A program made the translations under genes and the position numbers. The notes beneath the pieces are model-generated. The model was not told the origin of the DNA. It saw nothing but the letters and a program-made list of their open reading frames with translations, and did no database searches. From Cercozoa sp. M6MM (taxonomy: Eukaryota; Protista; Endomyxa: Ascetosporea), in NCBI GenBank assembly GCA_040357565.1, contig JBDODJ010000019.1: 64,000 nucleotides of DNA; one strand, given 5' to 3'. Shown piece after piece: positions 13,060 to 25,663 of this stretch (the stretch's first letter is position 1; every line of letters starts with the position of its first letter).

Positions 13060-13974
13060 CTTGACCAACTGCACACAAAGCTCTTTGAAACAACAAAAAG
13101 TAGAGAAACAACAAAGCGTACGTCTTTTTGCGACGCAACGCACCACGAAAGCGCCAGTTCCCGGCCGCTATCGGTGGCAAGGCAGTAGGCAGGGAAGCCC
13201 TGTGGCACAAACAATTCAGTCGCGAGGTTGGCAGCACAGAAGAAGCCTGAACAGAGCTACCGTGATGCCAGCGAACAAAGCAAAGCGAAAACCGTATTTC
13301 CAGATCTGCGAGCGTAGCGCTGCCTGCTCCTGCGTTGTTGTGAACAAGCATTACATCAATCGAACTGGCAGAAATTGACAATTGTTGAGCCCCACCTGAA
13401 GAGCCGTTACACGCGTGGTAGAGGCCATCCGCACAGCTTGATGCGCCACACGACGCAGTGCGAGACGCTGCATTGCTTTAACCTAAATCGGCAAAAGATA
13501 TCTTTATTTGCCTCCCAGCTGGCAAGTTTCGCAAATGCCAGACACTTTGTCGCAGTGGGTCAACAAAACCTGGCAACTACCGCGTCTCCGCACACCTGCA
13601 GTGCTCGCAGATCGTCTTCTGGTATCAAGTTAAGTGTGCGACGTACATGTCGGTTTCTTCGATTCAGGTCAGAGCCAATAGCCGAGTTTGAGTCGATATA
13701 AACGCGGTCTGCAACACGCCCTCGTGAAAGTCAATAGACAAGACACAGCTTGTGCATTCGGATTGCAAGGCCAGGAAGAGAACTTGTGGACCTAATCGTT
13801 TACGTCAGGAGGTCAGAGAACAACGCGAAAAGCAGTGAAAAGAAGAAACAGCAGAAAGAGAACAACTCGGAAAACTCGTCGGGTGAGCCTTTGTTGCCTT
13901 TACTTGAAGCTTTCTTGAGAGCCCTAAGGAGAGGACACAGTTAAGTTAAATTTTCCTGCACAGGGAACTCAAAA

Positions 13975-16900
13975 ATGATGCGATCTCGGCACGGACATGG
14001 CAGCGGCAACTTCGAGTTCGACGAGGTCGATCAGAGTACTTATAACTTTAGAACTACGACAAAAAAACAACATGAGGAGAGAAAATAAATTCGTTTTCGC
14101 AGATGCGGAACTGTACCGTGCCGATGCTCGTTCGCGATTGCGAGTTACACAGGCTGCTCGGTAAGTGCCTGCCCTCTTTCCCTGGCAAGATGTGTATCTA
14201 CCCGCACACTAAACTACTGGCGTAGGGCCGATCTGTCGGAAGAAGCGACCGAGGAGGAGTCAATGATCGTACCGTTGATTAGTACTCCGCGTGGATGCAC
14301 ACAAACACACGTGTGTTTTTGTGCAGAGCGAGGACACGTCGGACTCGCTGACGACCGAGTCTGCCGTAGGCTTTCAATAGTTTGACCCACCCTGTTTTGA
14401 CCCGAGACACTTGACCAGTCTAACAAGCTTGTTTGTGAGGGAGATACGGTGTGTGTGCAGCCAGTGGACCCGAAATTCGAGTCGCCGAACCTCACGTTCT
14501 CGCAGCTCACGGAACTCAAGCGCAGTCAGAGCATGTACACCTGCTGTCCTACCTGTACACATGGACGGTCCAAACTGACGGTCCAAATTGACGGTATTTT
14601 ACTGCAGGGTCAAGCTGGACGGCGATGTGCTGCTGGAGGGAGCGACGAAGATTGCGCCGAAACCGGCCGTTCCAGTCATGGTACTGTGTGCCTGTGTTTG
14701 CCTTGGGTTGATACCTTGGTTGGTACCTTGCGCACGTGTGTGCTGGTACCATGTCGGACTGGGATTGCATACCAAGTCGCACACTGCGCAGTCGGACGAC
14801 ACGTCATCGCCGTCGCCCAAGGTGCCCGAGGTGGTCGTGCCCGACTACCAGCGCGTCAACATCACCAAGAAACCCAAGGTCGGCGACGAGCTCAAACATG
14901 TGCAGAAACTCATCGGCGACGCCGTCAGCATGCGCGTGCGTTATGCCCCCCCCCCCCGCCCTTACCATTTACCTCCTAACCATTTACCTCCTTACCCTTT
15001 ACCTCACACTTACCCTTTATTCACTCCTGGCAGCGCAAGTACGTCGGCAAGCACCACCAGCGGCGTGCCTGGCACTCACAGGAACCCGTGGACGACCTGG
15101 CGTCGCTCAACATGTACGCACGTACTTTGGGCGGTCACCTGGAGTGGTCACTCCATGTGGTCACTCCATGTGGTCACTCCACACTCCATGTGGTAATGTG
15201 TGTTGCTGTTGCAGGCGTCGAGCCACGTACCCGCCGCGTTCGTCTCACAAGTTCGCCATGGGCAACGGCGTTGTAGGCTTTTCTTGTGTGTCTCGTGTCC
15301 GCGCGGATGATATAGAATACGAGAAAATACGATAGGTCAAAGTGTGGGACGATGACAGCGAAATTGCGGCGATTTCGGTAATTTTTCTCTTTTGAATAAA
15401 GTGATTTGTGGTATTTGTGCGTGTGCAGGCGGAGGAGTTTTTCCGCGACCTGCACCGTGTGATGCGTCTGGTGGGCAACGGTCCAGCCAAGACCTTCTGC
15501 TACCAGCGACTGCAGATCCTGGAGAGTCGGTTCCGACTGCACCGCGTGCTCAACGAGGACGTCGAGAACGCCGAGCAGCGCGTCGTGCCGCACCGTGGTA
15601 GTTTTACCCCCCTCGTCCCTACCTTTCTTACACCTACCCCTACCTCTGCCCTATTCCTATCTCTACTCTATTCCTACCCTATTCCTACCCCTGCTCTATC
15701 CCTGCCCTATTCATACCCCTACCCTGCTCTATCCCTGCCCTATTCATACCCCTACCCCTGCCCTATCCCTACCCCTGCCCTATCCCTACCCCTGCCCTAC
15801 GCGTGTCTGCAGACTTCTACAACGTGCGCAAGGTGGACAACCACGTGCACCACTCGGCGTGCATGACGCAGAAGCACCTGCTGCGCTACATCAAGAGCAT
15901 GCTGCGGCGGCAGCCCAACACTGTGGTCAAGATCGTCGACGATCCCGAGGTGTGTTACCTTGTTACCCCTGTTGCCCCTGTTGCCCCCTAGTCGACCCTG
16001 CACTTGCAGTCGCCGAGCGGCAAGCGCAGTATGACGCTGGCGGAGCTGTTCGAGTCGCTGCAGGTACCGGCAAGACAGTTCACTGACGGTGTGATCGGTG
16101 GTGTGAGTGACGGTGTGATCGGTGAGAGTGAGGGTGTGATCGGTATCATCGCTGACGGTGTAATGATGCTGGATCAGTTGGACGCCTACGACTTGTCGAT
16201 CGACACGCTGGATATGCACGCACACCAGGACACGTTCCACCGCTTCGACAAGTTCAATCAGAAGTACAACCCGATCGGCGAGTCGCTGCTGCGGTTTTAC
16301 CCCCCTACCCCCTGCCCCTACCTCCCCCTTTACCCCCCTACTCCACAGTGAGGTCTTCCTCAAGACGGACAATGACATGGGCGGACAGTTCCTGGCGGGT
16401 CTGACGCATCAGGTTGCGATGCTTTACCCCCCCCCCCCCTCTGCATCCTTACCCCCCCATCACAACAGGTATTTGACGACCATGCGGCCGCCAAGTACCA
16501 GCTGGCCGAGTAGGATGGCTTTACCCCCTCCCACACCCTCCCCTTTTAAAGCCCCCTCCTCTCAGGTACCGTCTGTCGATCTATGGCAAGCGACGCGACG
16601 AGTGGGACAAACTGGGTCGCTGGGTGGTGTCGCACAACCTGTACTCGCCCAACGTCGTGTGGCTCATCCAGGTACACTTGGACTGTACATATGGACTGTA
16701 CATATGGACTGTACATCTGGGCTTGTATGTATGAACTGTATGTATGGACTGTATGTATGGACTGTATGTATGGACTGATGTATGTGGACAGGTGCCGCGT
16801 CTGTACGAGATCTACAAGTCGCGCAACTTGATCTCGTCCTTCCAGGACATGATCGACAACATCTTCATTCCGCTGTTCGAGGTGCCTCACCGTTTACCCC

Positions 16901-18408
16901 CCCCCCCTGCCCCTACTCTTTCTTACTCCCTCCTGGAACAGGTGACGATCGACCCGAACTCGCACAAGGAGTTGCACCTGTTTCTGCGACACGTTGTCGG
17001 CTTTGATTCCGTGGTATTTCTCTTGTTGTTTTCTCGTGTTGTTGTTTTCTCTCTTGTTGTTTTCTTTGTTGTTGTTTTCTTTGTTGTTGTTTTCTTTGTT
17101 GTTGTTGTTGTTGATTGTTGTTGTTGAAAGGACGACGAGAGCATTCGCGAGTTCCACCGCGGCAAGATGCCAAAGCCGGCGGATGTAGCCTCTCCTTTTT
17201 TGTCCATGTGTGGACCTATCCTGTCCTGTTGGTCCATGTGTCCCTGTCCATTGTGTACAATGTGTACGTGTACCTGTCCAATGTGTACGTGTGTGTGGTC
17301 CAAAGTGGACACGCGAGTCGAACCCGCCGTACGCCATGTGGCTTTACTACATGTGGGCCAACCTCGAGGTGCTCAACCGACTGCGTGTGGCGCGTGGTAC
17401 ACCTTCTTACCCCCCTTCTTACCCCCCTCTTACCCCCTTACCCCCCCCCGGAATGGATACGTTCGCGGTGCGGCCACAAGCCGGCGGGGGCGGTAAGTTT
17501 TAACCCCCCCCCCCCCAACACCCCCCCCGTTTTACCTCCTGTTAATAGGCGACATTGACCATCTGGCGACGACGTTCCTTTTGGCCGATGGCATCAATCA
17601 CGGTACCAGGGGTAGAAGGGGTAGAAGGGGAAGGTGTACATGTGTACATGTATGTGTACACAGGTCTGTTGCTGAAGAAGTCGCCGGTGCTGCAGTACCT
17701 GTACTACCTGACGCAGATCGGTAGTTTTACCCCCCCCCCCTCCCCGGTCTGTGCCCTCTTACTAAATGTCTGGGACAGGAATCTCAATGTCGCCACTGAG
17801 CAACAACTTGTTGTTTGTCGAGTACGACAAGAACCCGTTCCCGCTGTACTTCCGACGCGGTCTCAACGTCACTCTGTCCACCGACGACCCTCTGATGATC
17901 CACTTCACTAAGGCACTTTACCTCACCCCCTCACCTGCTTCACTTCCCTCTTACCCCCCCCCCGGTAGGACCCTCTGGTGGAGGAGTACTCGGTGGCGTC
18001 GCAGGTGTGGAAACTCTCCTCGATCGACATGTGCGAGATCGCACGTGCCTCGGTGCTGCAGGTACCTTCCTCCCCCTAGTACCTAAGTACCTTTGTGCTT
18101 ACCAAATGACCTTGTGACGACAGAGTGGCTTTGATCATCGCATCTGTCAGCACTGGATTGGGTATACCCCCTCTTATCTCCCCCCGTTTCCTGTACTCCT
18201 TTGATGCAGACCGAACTACCTGCTGCCGGGACCTGCTGGAAACGACATGCGGCAGACCAACGTGTACACTATACCCCTACCCCATATATATATATATATA
18301 TATATATCCCTTTTTGGGTGCAGGCCGAACGTGCGACTGTCGTTCCGCCAGGAGCTGCTCGAGGAAGAGCGTGAGCTGTGCGCCACGCCGGTCGAGATGT
18401 ACCGTTGA
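13975..18408 (+). CDS. AMPD: AMP deaminase, more than 20 introns
   Basis: [77 protein letters not shown]-type motif ([21 protein letters not shown]), [11 protein letters not shown]. The start codon is tentative. Confidence 0.96.
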
Positions 18409-19043
18409 GCCACGCCAAGCATCTTCGCTTAGTGAACGCGCGTGCACGTGCGTTTGTGATACATCGAGTGCGTGATTTTAGCTCGTTCGGTTTACTAAGA
18501 AATTGACTATATGGTAGCTTCCTTCGCCTGTACCCGTAGGAAGTGAGAACTTAATCCCGCTGACAGTAACCCAAGGTGCGCTAAACCGGCTCGAGATATC
18601 TTGTTGCAGTTTCTAGGAGTGTAGCAACAAATACCAATATCTTTCTGCCAGTCATCCCCGCCCTGGGGACAAACCCGCATGACAATATTGTCATCGGGTA
18701 TTTGTCGGGCTTGTCGTGTGTGTGTGCACTGCACGTCGAATCCACCAGCAGTTGGGGTGACCGTGCCAACCCTTTCAAATCTGATGATTTGTCGACGAGA
18801 GTTCCGCAAGTTCTGCTTAAGCTTCGGGCCGTGATTTAATGACGAAATACAGTGTTTGCACTGACGGCAGAGAGTTCGTTCAAACTCGGACTGCTTCGGT
18901 GAAATGCTTCGCAGTGAGATTTTTGACCAGAAACGCCGAACAATCAGGGTCACAGACGCCAATTTAGCTCCTACTGAAGTCCAAGACTGCACTTCCAAGT
19001 CATTCCGTTGTCCCGTCCGACGCAAGAGCTCCCCAGCAAAGAA

Positions 19044-21075
19044 ATGAAGTTACTGCCGTCCCTCTTGCTTGTAGCCACGGCCGTTGAGGCGAGTTACACC
19101 GCTGCCAGTGGTTACTACTCGAACTCCAACCCGAATAGCTACGGCAAAAGCAAGGACACGGTCAGTTTGGAGTCGCTCATCCAGTCCAATAATGAGATCG
19201 AACACGACTTGCGCAGTGTTGCTGTGGTATGCGACACCTTTTGTACTGTAAAGAGTGCTGTAAACTTACTGTACGAGTGTGTTTTGAAGAGCATGGACAA
19301 AGCAGGTGCTCAGTTGAAGTCGGCGATGAAAGAGTTGTGGTTCCGTCTCAGTCGAATCGAGCAGGTCATCGACACCACAACCACGACGACGACGACGGCC
19401 ACGGTGGTGCCACCGAGTACAAGTTTGACGACAGATATTCCCGAGACTAGCGTTACTCAGACAACGACGGAACTCTGTGAGTGCACACGTGAGGGTGAGA
19501 GTGGGGAGTACATGTGTCCTGAGGACCCACAGTCCGACCTGTTACAAGGCGAGCAGTGTATCTGCGACTTCGAGTGTGAATTCGGAGTGTGCTCGCTGAT
19601 GTGCATGGTCACGCTGTCGGATGGAACAATAGTGGCTTCGATGGACGCAGCGGATCTTGTTGTACTGAACCGCTGTATAGGGGAAGGTGCCGCACCTGGA
19701 GAAGAGTGCTTCTGCAACTCCGAGTGCCTCGATGGGTTGGCTTGTATCGACAATGACGACGACCCGGCGACGCCTGGAGGCACTTGCAGGGAAGATGCGA
19801 CATCGACGACCCAGACCACGATGACATCGGCCATGTCATCGACGACCATGTCATCGACGACCACGACGGCAATGATGCTGATGCTCGGAGATACGTGTGA
19901 CCCAGCAGACGATCAATGCCCAGGTATAGCATGTACAAACTGAAGCCTCCTTAGGCTCGCAGCTCTTACGTTTGACCAAACATTTCAATGCCAGTCGACA
20001 CCACTTGCTCGCCTACTTGTGCTCGTGAAGATATGACTAGCGGTGTCGATCCAAACGTCTGCATCGACGACAATCCACTCGCAGTCGGCGATGTGTGTCG
20101 TTGCGATACCGAGTGCCCCGGTACAGGACAATTAATAATCATGCACTGCTGCAACTGTGGGTATGTTTTTGACAGTGGAATGCTCGTTTGATTGCACGAT
20201 TGACAATGGAGATCCAGCAAACGAACCCAACGTGTGTGTGGATGCTTCGGTCAAGTCTGGTAACCAGTGTCGCTGCGACTCAGAGTGCGGTACGCCAAAC
20301 TATTGCATGTAGCAGTCTCAGAAAAACAACGATCTGAGTGTTGGAACCAATAGGTGCGGGATCGATGTGCGCAAGTGACTGCACTGTCAGCGGCAATGCC
20401 ATCGGCACAATTATCTGCGCACAAATGGACAACGCTGTTTCCAGAGGCAGTGGATGCAACTGTGACTCCGAGTGCGACGCGAGTACTTCTTTTTAGTTTA
20501 ACACAGCGACAGATCTTGGTATTAATACTCTGCGATAGGCACATGTACCGACACGTGCACAATCACACTCCCGGACGAAAGCACGCTAGACCTGGGGATC
20601 AATCGCTGTGTTGCTGGAGCCGGCACCATTGACGTAGTCATGGAATGTTTTTGCAACTCGGAGTGCGCAACCGGCCAGTGTTCCGGTTCAGATGCGAATC
20701 CTTTCACAGCTCGCACGTGCACAGCACCCCTCGGAGCAACATGCAGCGTTAATGGACAATGCACCTGTACGTGTGCTCTTTGACTTACTTTCGCCTTTCA
20801 TCTTAGCGCAAGTTTGCGTGGCACAGCGAACCTGTGCTCGGGGGACGGAGTCGTCGTCTGCATGCAAGATGGTGGGGTACCCACTGGTACTGAGGTCTGC
20901 GTCGTAGCAGACGCAACGCTCTCAGCCGGCGAGCCCTGTCGCTGCGATTCCGAGTGCACGAGTGGTACAGTTTGTTTGTGCAAATATTGTTCCGTAATTC
21001 TAAGCATCCCCTTCTCATGTTCCACGAGCTGCTTCAGGTAACTGCCAGTCCGCTGGCATGCTGTGTGCTGCGTAA
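19044..21075 (+). CDS. Secreted Thr-rich / Cys-rich repeat protein, N-terminal part (signal peptide, mucin-like T runs, 7 CxC(D/N)xEC repeats)
   Basis: MKLLPSLLLVATAVEA signal peptide, poly-Thr tracts, and repeats GEQCICDFEC, GEECFCNSEC, GDVCRCDTEC, GNQCRCDSEC, GSGCNCDSEC, MECFCNSEC, GEPCRCDSEC. The frame ends at TAA 21073-21075 unless it is spliced onward. Confidence 0.75.
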
Positions 21076-21428
21076 CGACGCTCGAAGAAATACTGGTCCA
21101 AGCAAGCGATTTGCCGTTGATCAGTGAGTACACAGGGTTGGCCAGAACGCGTCCGAAGGGCACTACTGTGCCCATTCAGTTTTCAGTTAGAAATTAATTT
21201 TATAAAGCACGTCAACAAGTCTCCAAAAGAGCCCTCGCGAGGTTGAGCCAAGTCTCAAAGGACGCAAGATACTCGGTCTCTTCATGTGGCGGCTGTCAAG
21301 CGTGGGAGTGTGCCTGCACTAGTTGCGTGCTTCCAATACAGCAGGTACTCTAAATTTGCAATCAATGCAAGCTTCCTTGTCTTTTGCTTTTTCACGATAG
21401 CGAAGTCTATTGCGCGCTGTCCTATGGT

Positions 21429-22045
21429 CTCGAGGAGGAGCGCGAGCTGTGCGCCACGCCGGTCACGTTGTACCGATGGGCCTGCGTTCAGATAGTTAAC
21501 ATCCAGTTGGGCAGTTCAGTTTATTAAGAAACCAACTCTGTTCGTTAGTTCAGTTTATTAAAGAAGCCAACTATGTCCGTGAACGTAAGCGATCGTAGTA
21601 CGAAACCAACTATGTACGGCAGTTTCCCTCACCTGTACCCATGGGAAACGAGACATTGACGTGACAGCTCTTGGGGCCGTCACTACTTACTTTGTTTCCT
21701 ATAAGACTTAACTAACTAAGTTTAACTGGTCCCGGGTGACATCCATTGGTAACCCAAGGTGCGCTAAACCAGCTCTAGGTAAAATCTAGTTAGAACAAGC
21801 AGCGAAGGGTTGTAGTATTACTACCCCCCCCCCCAGTGTCATACTGGCGACAAACCAGCATGACAACATTGTCGTCGTGTAAACTTATTAGTCGAAGTTG
21901 TCGTGATCGAGGTCGAATCTGCCTGCAGTTGGGGGGTGACCGTGTCAACCCTAGTCGACTCTTGTGACGTGTCGACGAGATTTTAGCTAGTTTGCTTCAG
22001 GCCGTGGTTTAATGGCGAAATACAGTGTTTTTGCACCGATAGCAG
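21429..22045 (+). repeat. Diverged duplicate of 18358-18870 (AMPD last codons plus downstream intergenic region)
   Basis: Collinear blocks: [12 protein letters not shown] codons, GTAACCCAAGGTGCGCTAAACC, GCATGACAAYATTGTC, GCAGTTGGGG..TGACCGTG, GGCCGTGRTTTAATGRCGAAATACAGTGTTT. Confidence 0.9.
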
Positions 22046-22067
22046 CTTCAGTATCAATCACACATAG

Positions 22068-24441
22068 TCGTGCTCGATGGACTGCACACGCGACAACGGA
22101 ATACTTGACCCAGGCACTGAGTTCTGCGTCGTTCCTGACAACTCAATAGTCGTGGCAGGTGACTCCTGCAGTTGCGATTCCGAGTGCGGCAGCGACGGTA
22201 CCCTCTGCCTGCCACCCTTGATATAAGTCACTGACGAGTGTGTGTTTTTTGCTTGTAATAGGTGTTTGAGCGACTGCATCCTTAGCGGAACACCCACGTT
22301 GACGAACATTTGCACCCATCTAAACATCGCACTTCTCCAAGGCGACCCTTGCCTCTGCGATTCCGAGTGCAACACAGGTACAGTACCTTCTCTCCACTAT
22401 ACCTTGTACACTGGCGCCTGTGCTGAGTAGCTGCCGGCTGCTCCAATGCCGCGTGTGAAGATGGCGTCTCAACTTCGCTTGGCGTCCTTAACATCTGTGT
22501 TGAAGAGAACCTCGCTGCTCACGATACGTGTTTTTGCAACTCGGAGTGCGCCAGTCCTCTGCTTTGCATAGGTGGTGCGTGCACACTGCCACTCGGTGCA
22601 GTCTGCACTTTGCCCGATCCATGTTTTGGTACGCTGGAACTTGTGTCCGGTATACGATGTTGCTTCGCTTCAGAGCTTTTGTGATCGAGCAGCTGCTTGT
22701 TCGGTTGGATGCCTGGTCACGTTGGAGAATGGCGACGTAGTGCCACTCGAAGGGGGTACTGCTGAGGTCTGCATCGCCGCCGATGACAGCATTATTGTGG
22801 CCGGTGAAAGTTGTCGCTGCAACTCGGAGTGCGCTGGTTCTTTCCAGTGTATTGGCGTCGACGACGTCGTTGGCACCTCTCGCGTGTGTGCCCTGCCGCT
22901 TGGAGCGGATTGTACGACGACACCAGGGGCTTGTCTCGGTACTCTTGCTGCTGATACTGCCTTTGCCTACACACTGGGTTGCGTAAATTTGTAGTTCCGG
23001 CGAGTTCGTCCTGTTGGTTTGGTTGGCAACGTGTGCACCCTAGCACCTGGCTCAGTTAGCAACGGCTCACCCTGCCGCTGCGATTCCGAGTGCTTAGCAG
23101 GTAGCTCCTGCGTCGGTGGTTTCTGTGCTCCCGACGCGACGTTTATTGGTGAGGATTGCACGGGCCGCGTCTGTGCTGGTGGTAAATTTCCGTCGACCTT
23201 TTATCCTTGCAAAAGCTATACTTTATGTCATGGACACTAGAATTGGTGTGCGAGACTGGTAGAACGCCTCCAATGTGCGTGCTGCAACTGGGAGTCACCG
23301 GTCTCTCTTGCGGTACGCGTTTCGAGTGTCCCAACGGCGCTCTGTGCATCGCTGGCAACTGCGTGCAACAAACTGGCGGCGACTGCGACGACGGTTTCGG
23401 TGGAGCAGACCACACACGCTGCTTTGGCGCATGCGGAGGCAGTCTTGCGTGCTTGCCAACGTTTGCCTCCGAGGGCGGACTCTGCGGTCGCGAAGAGCAT
23501 GAACTCGCTTTTGGCGGTGGTTCGAGCACCGAGTGCACCAGCACAACGATCGAACTGGCGTGTGCAAACTCAGGTAAAACAACGAACAAATCTGGCTGAA
23601 AGATGAAGTAAATTTACAAGTTCGAAAGTTCTTCTTTTGCTATAGGCCTAACTGTCGGTAGCCCTGTCGACCCGTTTGGGCCACTTGTGTGCTTGAGAAG
23701 GGACAACGAACCTTGCACTTCGAACAGTCAATGTGCTTCTGGTCTCTGCGATGGAACAAGCAATTGTGCGGCCACGCCCTACAGTCAAGAGGTGCGACGA
23801 CAGACGATAGGGTACGCCGATGACTACTGTGATTTAGGTGTCCCATGTGCCGGCGGGGTCGCTTGCAACATCGTCACTACTCCCATTTTTACCGCCACCT
23901 GTGACTTCTCTGCTTCGGGAGACGCGTGCTCTCCCGACTTTTCGCTCCTGGAGTGTTCAATGGAGGGCTTCTTCTTGCTGAACAACGTCTACACTGCCTG
24001 GTGTGGCGCATTCACACCGGGCGTGTGTCCCTGTCCATGCAGTCGCGAGACATGGCCGATACACATGCCAAGCTGTCCACCCAACGCTTTTCAACCTACC
24101 GGAAGTCCTTGTATCTGCGACAACCAGTGCGGTGGTATTGCACCCTTTCCCCTATACGTCAATTCCTGCTAGTGGCTGAGATTTCGCTTGAATATGCACA
24201 GGTTTATTCTGCTCGAACGAGTGCACGATCGACGCCCGCTCTCCGACACCATCGCCGCTTGGTCCCAACATTTGCGTCCTACCTGCCGGCGTCCTCCCTT
24301 CGACTGCTCCGTGCAACTGCGATTCCGAGTGCGAGAGTGGTAAGATACAGCCAGCAGTACCATCAGCAGTGTCTCAGGCTGTGAAACGGTATGTGTTTTA
24401 ATTGACTAGGTGCGTGTCTCGGCGGAACTCTTTGTCTCTGA
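22068..24441 (+). CDS. Cys-rich repeat protein, C-terminal part (7 further CxC(D/N)SEC-type repeats)
   Basis: GDSCSCDSEC, GDPCLCDSEC, DTCFCNSEC, GESCRCNSEC, GSPCRCDSEC, GSPCICDNQC, APCNCDSEC. GT-AG introns. Ends GACLGGTLCL*. It may belong to the same gene as 19044-21075. Confidence 0.7.
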
Positions 24442-25031
24442 CCTTCACATACCGGCCGTCACGGCCGCCTATTTTGCGAAACTTGCGTTGTTACAAAGTA
24501 GTACCGTTGCATCGGAGTAGTACTGACAAACGTGCTTAACGATCGTTGCATCAAAGCAGGCGGTTGACTCCCGCTACTGCGACTTAGGCTGCACTTTTGG
24601 CAGGCAGCCGATCCACTCGGCTTGCGCCGAGTTGACGACTGCTCGCGACCGTTCGCCGTACTTCTTCGACCTCGATGTGTTGGACCCGTGACTGTTGGGT
24701 CAGGACGACCGAATGCAAGCGGCGCTGAATATGCTGCAGACTCTGACGACCCGAAGCGCAAGTGAAAAAAAAAACACGATTTCCCATAGTTCGTTTCCGG
24801 AGTTAGCTGGCCCAAACCACAGTTGTTGTGGCAACTTTTACAGGAATGTCTGTCGGCGGGCCTTGACCCATGACATGACTTTATTGCCGGTTGTGGAATA
24901 ACCTAAATCTAATGCACTGATCTATAGTGATCATAACGCGGAGAAATACTGTAGTTGTTTTGTCGATCTCAATTATTGTATCGCTGTTTTGGGTGATCTA
25001 TATGATCGGATCGTTGTTTCTGAGTGATCAA

Positions 25032-25247
25032 CTATGGCGTGGGTGATCTCAGTTGATTGGTAACTGCGCCTACGTCATAGTTGATCTGTACGGGGTGGAA
25101 GTGAGCTGCGCTGCCAGTGTTGTGAACTGTGCCGACCCGCACATTTATTTGCACCCCGCGCTTTATAGCGTAGATTAGTGCAGCAGCACAAACAATTAAA
25201 GCTATCACCATTATTGCCTTTGTTCGAGTGGAGTGTATATTAGCCAT
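25032..25247 (-). CDS. Small intronless single-TM hypothetical protein in an AT-rich, GATC-dense block
   Basis: 71-aa ORF with a hydrophobic stretch, IMVIALIVCAAALIYAI. No recognisable homology. Confidence 0.3.
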   Translation of the reverse strand: MANIHSTRTKAIMVIALIVCAAALIYAIKRGVQINVRVGTVHNTGSAAHFHPVQINYDVGAVTNQLRSPTP

Positions 25248-25663
25248 GTCTTTTCGTACTGGGCGGATTCAATTAAAGGGCTCCCTGCTGAAACTGATCA
25301 TTCAATGAAAAATGATCATTTTGCTTTCGCCCTCTGATCATTTTCCGATTTTTCGTGATCACTCATGTGACTACCAAAGGACTCCTCTTAAACCCAGCGC
25401 CTGGCGAGAAAGTGAATAGTAGGTGTGAGCGTGGCAGCGCAGGGCATAAAAATGAAGCAGATAAAATTATTTTGCAGGCTTGCCCAAACCTTTGCTCGGC
25501 TGGGGAGCGTATTGTGGGTAGTGTATTGTGCAGCACAATGCACTTATTTAGATACAGTTAAATCCGAGGTTATCATATATCGTAGAGAAACCAACCGAAC
25601 CGAACGAACTAACTGCCGTCCAGACGCGGGCGAATCGATCGGGCGAATCGATCGGGCTCTCCG

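Noticed and set aside
15600-15800. Interstitial telomere repeats
   Set aside because: The units are irregular CCCTAC/CCCTGC/CCCTAT and TTACCC, not a regular CCCTAA array.
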